Source: Candidatus Latescibacterota bacterium
GTDB taxonomy: Bacteria > Latescibacterota > UBA2968
Direction of reading: 5' to 3'
NCBI GenBank assembly: GCA_965204745.1
Contig: OZ242010.1
Location: 2,752,001 to 2,816,000, forward strand
Length of the DNA: 64,000 nucleotides
Part shown: positions 9,341 through 15,896 of the stretch, in pieces
How the letters are laid out: every line of letters starts with the position of its first letter
How positions within the stretch are numbered: the first letter of the stretch is position 1
The notes under the pieces: generated by a model
Database searches by the model: none
The model's input: only the letters and a program-made list of their open reading frames with translations
Told to the model about the DNA's origin: nothing
Translations under genes and position numbers: made by a program

Positions 9341-9452
9341 GATTTTAGCCACAAAAAGCACGAGCGGGGTACAACTGGCGACAGCCAGTTCAAAGACACA
9401 AAAGGTAAGCTATATGTGTAGGGGCGGTGCCCCTGTGCTCGTCCGAAGATAT
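9341..9452 (+). repeat. Mosaic intergenic repeat (gccacaaaa module + ggggtacaactg..cagttc module + GTAG REP-like hairpin)
   Basis: Inverted homologue of these modules at 18624-18800; REP-like gtaggggcggtgcccctgtgctcgtcc at 9418-9444. Confidence 0.75.
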
Positions 9453-9465
9453 AAGAGGCGAAGAG

Positions 9466-9711
9466 ATGCGATTTGGCGATCTACAGGCGTTTTATTTTTT
9501 GATCGGGGTGCCGGTGTTCGCGCTGTTTTACTGGTGGGCGTTTTGGCGCAAGCGGAAGGCATTGCACGCATTTGGCGCGCCCGCGTTGATGGACAAACTC
9601 GCGTCGGGCGTGAGCCGGGTTCGGCAGGGGATCAAGGCCGCGCTGATGTGCGTGGGGGCTTTAATTCAAGGGGGTTTGCGTGGCTTTTGCACGGGAAGAA
9701 ATCGCATCTGA
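9466..9711 (+). pseudogene. Truncated BatB-like gene (N-terminal ~64 codons only)
   Basis: MRFGDLQAFYFLIGVP...RKRKALHAFG...SRVRQGIKAAL is a BatA/BatB-type N-terminus. The VWA domain is absent and the sequence switches near 9660 into the leader of the next gene. Confidence 0.65.
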
Positions 9712-11626
9712 AAATGCCCGACCCGCGGTGACGGTTCGCGCGCTCGCATTGGGCGCGGTTCTCACGGTGATGGCGACGGTTGCCGGGTCGTACGCGCGCT
9801 TTATTTTGCACACGACGCGGCTGGATCAGAACCATCTCTCGGTCGCCGCGGTATTTCCCATTGTGCTCATCGCGCTGTTGCTCATGCGCCCGCTCAAATT
9901 GAGCAGGGGTGAACTGATCGTCATGTTCACGATGGCATTGATCGGCGCGACCATGCCCACGTATTTCATCGGGAAATTGATCGCCAACTTCACCGTGCCC
10001 TATTATCTCGCAACGCCCGAGAATCAATGGGCCACCTATTACGAACCCTATTTGCCCGAGTGGTCTGTCCTGCCTGCGGGCGAACCCCTGCGCTGGTTTT
10101 TTGAAGGGTTGCCGCGCGGGGTTTCCGTGCCGTGGGACGTGTGGATCGTGCCCGTGTTCTGGTGGATGACCGTGATCGCGGCCTTTTACGGCTGTTGTCT
10201 TTTTTTGATGGTCATTTTGCGGAAGCAGTGGATCGAGCACGAGCGCATCGACTATCCCCTGATGGAAATGCCGCTGGCCGTGATGGAAAAGGATGACCGA
10301 CAGGGCTTTTTTGCCATTCCCATCGTGAACAACCCCTTGTTCTGGGCCGGGTTCTGCCTCACGTTGTGCATCATCCTCTGGAATGTCATTTCCTATTTTA
10401 ATCCCACCTTCCCGACAATCCCCTGGCGTTTTGGAGATATTAAGTTCGGGCGCGAATTTCCCGCCATTCCCTTGCGCCTATACCTCATGGTTGTGGGCTT
10501 TGGCTATTTCATCAATCTGGATATTTCGTTGAGCCTGTGGGTGTTCAATGTGCTGACCAATTTGGAAAATGGCTTTTTTAACCGCTTTGGCCTCAAGGCC
10601 GGCGCAGATGAGGAGTATTCCACCGGGCCGCTGGCCATGGGCGCGCAAGCTATGGGCGCGTTCATCGCCGTGGTGCTCGTCGGATTTTGGATGGCGCGTG
10701 GGCACTTGCGAGACGTGTGGCGCAAGGCGTTTTACCGCGATGAATCGGTCGACGATTCCGGCGAGATCGTGTCCTATCGCACCGCGGTTTTTGGGCTTAT
10801 CGCCTGTTCGACATACCTGTTCGTCTGGCATTTGGCGACGGGCATGGCGTTTAAGTACATCCCGATTTTTCTGTTCGGCGCGCTGGTGATGTACCTCGGG
10901 ATCACGCGGGTGATCGCCGAGACCGGCCTGATCTCCATTCGCGCGCCCCTCATGCCGCAGCCGTTCGCCATGTTCGCCATGGGATCAGACGTGCTCTCGC
11001 AACAAACGCAGGTTTCTATCGCGCTTTCGTATTCGTGGTGCAGCGACACAAAAACCACCATCATGCCCGCGCTCGCCCATTCCGTGAAACTCTACGACAC
11101 CATCCGCGTCAACCAACGGCGGTTGATCCTCCCTATCGCGCTGGCCATGGGCGCGGGGGTATTGGCGACATTTGTCTATACGATTTACATGGGCTATTTG
11201 AATGGCGCGGCAAATTACGGCGGGATTTTTCACGGGGGCCTCGCGCGCTTTCCCTGGGATAATCTGGTCAAAAAATCAAAAGCCCCCTTTTCCGTGCAGT
11301 GGTTGCCCATGATGTATATGGGCATCGGCGTGGTCGTGACGCTGCTTTTTATGCTCTTGCGCTACCGGGTTTCGTGGTGGCCGCTCCACCCGATTGGGTT
11401 TGCGGCAGGGCCGGTATATCCGGTGCGGAACGTCATTTTTGCCATTTTTTTGGCGTGGGCGGTCAAGTCTATCGTGTTGCGAATCGGCGGCATTCGCGCC
11501 TATCGCACGGGTCGGCCCTTTTTCATCGGCCTCATCATGGGGCATTTTGTCGGTGCTGGTATTTCGTTTGTCGTGGATATGATTTGGTTCCCCGGGCAGG
11601 GGCACAGCATTCCATTTTCGGATTAG
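9680..11626 (+). CDS. DUF6785/DUF6784-type polytopic membrane protein (putative transporter)
   Basis: Many TM segments; ILRKQWIEHERIDYPL, R..AETG, WWPLHPIG, AWAVKSIVLRIGG and PFFIGLIMG motifs. Confidence 0.7.
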   Translation: MAFAREEIASENARPAVTVRALALGAVLTVMATVAGSYARFILHTTRLDQNHLSVAAVFPIVLIALLLMRPLKLSRGELIVMFTMALIGATMPTYFIGKLIANFTVPYYLATPENQWATYYEPYLPEWSVLPAGEPLRWFFEGLPRGVSVPWDVWIVPVFWWMTVIAAFYGCCLFLMVILRKQWIEHERIDYPLMEMPLAVMEKDDRQGFFAIPIVNNPLFWAGFCLTLCIILWNVISYFNPTFPTIPWRFGDIKFGREFPAIPLRLYLMVVGFGYFINLDISLSLWVFNVLTNLENGFFNRFGLKAGADEEYSTGPLAMGAQAMGAFIAVVLVGFWMARGHLRDVWRKAFYRDESVDDSGEIVSYRTAVFGLIACSTYLFVWHLATGMAFKYIPIFLFGALVMYLGITRVIAETGLISIRAPLMPQPFAMFAMGSDVLSQQTQVSIALSYSWCSDTKTTIMPALAHSVKLYDTIRVNQRRLILPIALAMGAGVLATFVYTIYMGYLNGAANYGGIFHGGLARFPWDNLVKKSKAPFSVQWLPMMYMGIGVVVTLLFMLLRYRVSWWPLHPIGFAAGPVYPVRNVIFAIFLAWAVKSIVLRIGGIRAYRTGRPFFIGLIMGHFVGAGISFVVDMIWFPGQGHSIPFSD

Positions 11627-11637
11627 AGGAGCATGTC

Positions 11638-12729
11638 ATGAAAATCACGGGTATTGAACTCGACGCGGTACACGTCAACCACCGCGGGGACTGGGTGTTT
11701 GTGCATGTGCTCACAGACGCGGGCATTCGCGGCTTGGGCGAGATGCGCTCGGGCAACAAATACGCGGCGCAACTGTCGGCTTTGCGCGACCTCGGCGAAG
11801 CCGTTACAGGACGCGATCCCAGACACATCGAAGCCATCGCATCGCACTACACGCGCACGACGCGCACCAAGGCCGAGTTGTACGCGCTCAGTGCATTGGA
11901 ACAAGCCCTGTGGGATATTTTGGGCAAGTCCCTCAACGCGCCTGTCCACGCGCTGTTGGGCGGGCCGTGCCGAGACGAAATTCGCCTGTACGCCAATATC
12001 AACCGGGCGACGACAGACCGCTCGCCCCGTGGCTTCGCCAAAAATGCCGAAGCAGCGGTGGCACAGGGATTCGACGCGGTCAAACTGGCCCCGTTCGACG
12101 GCATCCCCCTGGCCGACACGGCCCGTGACGCGGGCAAGGGCATCGCCTGCATGCGGGCCGTGCGGGATGCGATTGGCCCGGACATCGATTTGCTCGTGGA
12201 TTGCCACAACCGGTTCACGGCGCGCGGCGCGGTCGAGGTCGCCGATGAATTGCGCGATCTCGATCTCTTTTGGTTTGAGCAACCCACGTCCGAAAAGAGC
12301 CTTGGGAATTGTCTCGCGGTCAAAGACCAGTGTGGGTTGACCATTGCGGGAGGCGAACAGCGCGGCCTGCGCGAGGAGTGGGTCGAGGTGGTGGAAAATC
12401 GCAGTATGGATATTCCCATGCCCGATGTGACGGTCGTGGGGGGCATCGGCGAACTGAAAAAAATCGGGGATATGCTCCACGCCTGGGGCCTGCCCACCGC
12501 GCCACACGGCCCCTTTGGCCCGGTGGTGATCGCGGCGGGCGTGCATGCGATGGCGCCTTTGCCGGGGTTCCTCATTTTGGAATACGGCTGGGGCGAGGTG
12601 CCGTGGCGAAAGGACTTGACCCTTCCATCAGAGGAGATCGTCAATGGCCGCATTCGCATCGACAACCGCCCGGGCCTCGGCATCGAACTGAATGCCGAGA
12701 TGGTCGAAAAACACAGGGTTGATGTTTAA
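11638..12729 (+). CDS. Mandelate racemase/muconate lactonizing enzyme family (galactonate dehydratase-like)
   Basis: SALEQALWDILGK..N.PVH.LLGG, AVKLAP, LVDCH, WFEQP, AGGE, PGLGIE; RBS GAGGAG before ATG 11638. Confidence 0.85.
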   Translation: MKITGIELDAVHVNHRGDWVFVHVLTDAGIRGLGEMRSGNKYAAQLSALRDLGEAVTGRDPRHIEAIASHYTRTTRTKAELYALSALEQALWDILGKSLNAPVHALLGGPCRDEIRLYANINRATTDRSPRGFAKNAEAAVAQGFDAVKLAPFDGIPLADTARDAGKGIACMRAVRDAIGPDIDLLVDCHNRFTARGAVEVADELRDLDLFWFEQPTSEKSLGNCLAVKDQCGLTIAGGEQRGLREEWVEVVENRSMDIPMPDVTVVGGIGELKKIGDMLHAWGLPTAPHGPFGPVVIAAGVHAMAPLPGFLILEYGWGEVPWRKDLTLPSEEIVNGRIRIDNRPGLGIELNAEMVEKHRVDV

Positions 12730-12814
12730 TTGGTCAATCCAAGTAAGAGGCGAGAAGTAAGAGGCGAGACCGGCCCACCGCCCTACCGCAAGTTGTCAGT
12801 TGTCAGTCCCCTCA

Positions 12815-12922
12815 CCGCCCCGCCGTGTCTGAATCGCGGATTAAACGGATTACGCAGATTGCGCGGATTACCACACCGCCCTACCGCAGGACCTATCCCC
12901 AAGTAAGAGGCGAGACCGGAGA
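12815..12922 (+). repeat. ~105-bp dispersed repeat with nonamer (cgcggatta) units
   Basis: Inverted copy at 19570-19675; partial copy at 30414-30451. Confidence 0.8.
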
Positions 12923-12998
12923 GGGAAGAGGTGAGAAGGCCCCCCGACCACCCCAAAATGCGAGGGGAACTCACCGGTTATTTGAACTAGGAGCGGGT

Positions 12999-13877
12999 AT
13001 GGAGAATGGATTTTTTATAGGGCATGGGTTGGGGAACGATTATATCGTGATGGATCCCAAGGACCTGACGTTTGAATTGACGCCGGAGCGCGTTGCGCGG
13101 ATTTGTGACCGCAACTGGGGTGTTGGGAGCGATGGCATCTTGACATTGGAAGACGCGCAAACCGCGGACTTTGGGTTGCGGATCTGGAATCCGGATGGCA
13201 GCGAGGCCGAGAAGTCCGGCAATGGGTTGCGGATTTTTGCGCGGTACTTGTACGCCACGCGCCAAACGCGCCAAACCGCATTCTCGGTTGATACCCCGGG
13301 CGGGTTGGTTCGCATTGCGTTGCACATCGACGCCTGGGGCGATGCCAGCGCGGCGACTGTGGAGATGGGGCAGGCGACTTTTGCCCCCGCGGCATTGCCC
13401 TGTTCGCTCGACGTGGAAGAACTCGTGGAATGCCCGATTACCGCCGCGGGCGAAGACGTGGTTTTTACCGGGGTGAGCGTGGGCAATCCGCACTGCGTGG
13501 TGTTTGAGCGCGAGGGCCAAGGGTGGACGCGAGACGACCTCACGCGCTTGGGCCCCGCGTTGGAAACGCACGCGATCTTTCCCCGGCGAACCAACGTGCA
13601 GTTGGCCGTGCCCACTGGGGACAACGAGATTTTCATCTTGATTTGGGAACGCGGCGCGGGCGAAACGCAGGCGTCGGGGTCCTCGTCTTGCGCGGCGGCG
13701 AGCGCGGCGGTGCGGTTGGGATTGGTCGCGTCGCCCGTGACGGTCAATGCCCCCGGCGGCGCGTTGGAGATCGATGTGGATGACGCATTTCACCTGACGA
13801 TGGCAGGCCCCGTGGCCGAGGTCGCACGCGGTAGCCTGAGTCCGTCATTTGTGCGCGAGCTCGGCGCGTTGCCCTGA
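12999..13877 (+). CDS. dapF: Diaminopimelate epimerase family protein (Ser/Ser active-site variant)
   Basis: HGLGNDY, GVGSDG, NPDGSEAEKSGNGLR, VSVGNPH, WERGAGETQASGSSSCA. Both canonical catalytic Cys positions are Ser. Confidence 0.75.
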   Translation: MENGFFIGHGLGNDYIVMDPKDLTFELTPERVARICDRNWGVGSDGILTLEDAQTADFGLRIWNPDGSEAEKSGNGLRIFARYLYATRQTRQTAFSVDTPGGLVRIALHIDAWGDASAATVEMGQATFAPAALPCSLDVEELVECPITAAGEDVVFTGVSVGNPHCVVFEREGQGWTRDDLTRLGPALETHAIFPRRTNVQLAVPTGDNEIFILIWERGAGETQASGSSSCAAASAAVRLGLVASPVTVNAPGGALEIDVDDAFHLTMAGPVAEVARGSLSPSFVRELGALP

Positions 13878-13900
13878 CTCGTTTGCGAAAGGAAGAGACC

Positions 13901-14659
13901 ATGGCTTTGGATGCAATGGTCGAGAGGTACGAGGCGCAGGGGTTTTTGACGCAGGTCGATGTGTTTTCAGAACGCGAGATTGGGCGATTTCGCATGTCCT
14001 TTGACGCATTGGAAGCGCGAGAGGGCAAAGAGAAATGCCAGATCGGTTTGCAGGGGCGGCATTTTGACGAGGCGTTCATCTGGCAACTGGCGACCGATGC
14101 GCGCATCTTGGACGTGATGCAAGCCGTGATGGGCGAGGACGTGATGCTGTTGTCAACCCATTTTTTTTGCAAATATCCGGATCCAGGAGCGAAGAAATTC
14201 GTCGCGTGGCACCAAGACATCGCGTATTGGGGCCTCGAACCGCCTATCGCGCACACGGCTTGGATAGCGATTGACGACGCGGACGTGGAAAACGGGTGCA
14301 TGCGCTTCATCCCCGGATCGCACAGAAATGGGATTGCAACGCACGGCACATCCATGCGCGAAGGCAATTTGTTGAGCATCAACCAAGAGATCCCCGATGA
14401 ATACGTGGATGACAGCGCGGCGGTCGATATCACACTCAAAGCCGGGCAAATGTCCGTCCACCACGGGCAGTTGTTTCACGCGAGCAATCCCAATCGCTCG
14501 ACCCGGCGGCGATGCGGCCTGACGGTTCGGTTCATTCCCCCGCAGGTCGAGCAAACCACGCTCAACTCGCACAAACAGACGTGGCAACCCATTGTCTTGC
14601 GCGGCGAAGATCGCTTTGGGCATTTTCCAAAGGTGGAGAGGCCGTTTTCGATAAAGTAG
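13901..14659 (+). CDS. Phytanoyl-CoA dioxygenase (PhyH) family protein
   Basis: VAWHQD (HxD), AWIAIDD..VENGCMRFIPGSH, FHAS.PNRS..RR. Confidence 0.85.
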   Translation: MALDAMVERYEAQGFLTQVDVFSEREIGRFRMSFDALEAREGKEKCQIGLQGRHFDEAFIWQLATDARILDVMQAVMGEDVMLLSTHFFCKYPDPGAKKFVAWHQDIAYWGLEPPIAHTAWIAIDDADVENGCMRFIPGSHRNGIATHGTSMREGNLLSINQEIPDEYVDDSAAVDITLKAGQMSVHHGQLFHASNPNRSTRRRCGLTVRFIPPQVEQTTLNSHKQTWQPIVLRGEDRFGHFPKVERPFSIK

Positions 14660-14666
14660 TCAGTGG

Positions 14667-15161
14667 TCAGCGGCTGGAGCTAAGCAAAGCGAGGCACACA
14701 TTGATTAGGGCTAGCTTAACGATGACCAAGGCAAACAATATGTCATTGTGACCCCAGTACAGTAGTGCCAACAGCACAACCGCATAACACACGAACAGAA
14801 TGCCGAAGAAGCGCTCCAGCACCTCCTCCCCATCCAAACACATAAATATGCCGAATAACGCACTGATCAGGGCTACCCCAAAGATGGCCACGGCAAACAA
14901 CATGTCATTGTGACCGATCAATTTCACATCCACCCCACCCATCAGCACGCTCACCACGGCAAACAACATGTCATTGTGACCCCAGTACAGGTACAGTAGT
15001 GCCAACAGCACAACCGCATTGACCCATAACAGAATGCCGAAGAAGCGTTCCAGCACAGACACCTCCTTTCCATACCATGCCTCTTTCAAAAAACCCACCA
15101 GCAGATTTGACAACACCGCTATCCCCACCTTCCGCAAAAGCCACCCCAACAACGGCACCAT
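14667..15161 (-). CDS. Small hydrophobic membrane protein with internal duplications
   Basis: RBS GAAAGGGG; VLERFFGIL...AVVLLALLY occurs twice and GHND(M/I)LFA three times. Confidence 0.5.
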   Translation of the reverse strand: MVPLLGWLLRKVGIAVLSNLLVGFLKEAWYGKEVSVLERFFGILLWVNAVVLLALLYLYWGHNDMLFAVVSVLMGGVDVKLIGHNDMLFAVAIFGVALISALFGIFMCLDGEEVLERFFGILFVCYAVVLLALLYWGHNDILFALVIVKLALINVCLALLSSSR

Positions 15162-15169
15162 AATTTTCC

Positions 15170-15210
15170 CCTTTCAAAAATGATGGCGTTTTAACATAGG
15201 CACGCCATCA
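15170..15210 (-). repeat. Leader repeat copy A
   Basis: Minus strand tgatggcgtgcctatgttaaaacgccatcatttttgaaagg, directly before the RBS/ATG of 15161. Confidence 0.8.
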
Positions 15211-15397
15211 AAGCCATTTAAGATTTTTATTTCAGCACCGCGATTTCTTTTTGTCCCCGCAACGCGATGGTTGTAATGTCGCAGTCTCGTCTGACCTTCC
15301 TTCGTCACACTCCCAACACAAGTTTCCCTCTCACGCGAATAAGTTTCCAAACGCTTTTGCAAGCGTTCTTTTTTTTCCATCGAGACTTATGTGCCAT
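15174..15397 (-). pseudogene. Small basic ORF, probably frameshifted
   Basis: RBS GAAAGGAGAGGAG before ATG 15397, which gives a 30-aa frame. The overlapping frame from 15380 reads MEKKERLQKRLETY...; A-runs lie near the apparent frame changes. Confidence 0.35.
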
Positions 15398-15405
15398 TCT
15401 CCTCT

Positions 15406-15442
15406 CCTTTCAAAAATGATGGCGTTTTGAACAGGCACGCCC
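15406..15442 (-). repeat. Leader repeat copy B
   Basis: Minus strand gggcgtgcctgttcaaaacgccatcatttttgaaagg, before the RBS/ATG of 15397. Confidence 0.8.
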
Positions 15443-15507
15443 TTGGGTCTCGGATACGCGACGTGGACTTGAATACGGAACGGCTATATAATACCGCCCG
15501 TTATGAC

Positions 15508-15618
15508 TTACAAAGCGCCGGCATTGCCAAATTTGTATCTCAATTCGTTTAGTTTTTTGGTGTCTTCATCGGTGAGATAGACCATCAACCGATTTTTCTT
15601 TTTTTTGTTGCCTTCCAT
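15508..15618 (-). CDS. 36-aa ribbon-helix-helix (CopG-like) protein, possibly truncated
   Basis: MEGNKKKKNRLMVYLTDEDTKKLNELRYKFGNAGAL*: beta-strand/helix-A pattern of RHH proteins. RBS GAAAGGGG. The second helix is missing. Confidence 0.45.
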   Translation of the reverse strand: MEGNKKKKNRLMVYLTDEDTKKLNELRYKFGNAGAL

Positions 15619-15654
15619 GAAATGACACCCCTTTCTGTTTCAATCGTTTCAAAA

Positions 15655-15807
15655 CAAGCGGATCAGAGTTCACGACAGAACAGTGCGTAACCTATCGCTC
15701 GTTGCGTAACTGTCCTGGAAATAGAGGTAGTAGCGCCCACCGCAACGTGTGGAGATGTTACCTTTGCTACTCGGTGAATCTTTTCGCCTAATCCCCTGAT
15801 CCGCTTG
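15655..15807. ncRNA. Candidate structured RNA element closed by a 12-bp inverted repeat
   Basis: caagcggatcag (15655-15666) pairs with ctgatccgcttg (15796-15807); inner ttcac/gtgaa stem; two internal hairpins. Confidence 0.45.
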
Positions 15808-15820
15808 CAAGTCCAACCTT

Positions 15821-15851
15821 AATGATGGCGTTTTGAACAGGCACGCCCTAC
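15821..15851 (-). repeat. Leader repeat copy C (5' half)
   Basis: Minus strand gtagggcgtgcctgttcaaaacgccatcatt. A ttttgaaa half reappears only at 15647-15654, after the structured insert. Confidence 0.75.
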
Positions 15852-15896
15852 AAGTCTAAGCAAAATTTACTTGTGTTTTTTACTGCATTGCGTTTA

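Noticed and set aside
9161-9421. ORF 9164-9421 and similar SVVSCQL-repeat ORFs (28503-28784, 28516-28932, 5' extension of 27557-28915)
   Set aside because: They are translations of the heptamer tandem repeat, which has no stop codon on that strand; no RBS or protein-like content.
15655-15807. Retron msr-msd or tRNA
   Set aside because: No reverse transcriptase in the window; no T-loop/D-loop consensus or CCA end.
15170-15851. CRISPR array or integron attC sites (repeat ends in TTGAAAG)
   Set aside because: Only three degenerate copies; intervening segments of about 200 and 380 nt contain ORFs; no cas or intI gene; no RYYYAAC/GTTRRRY boxes.
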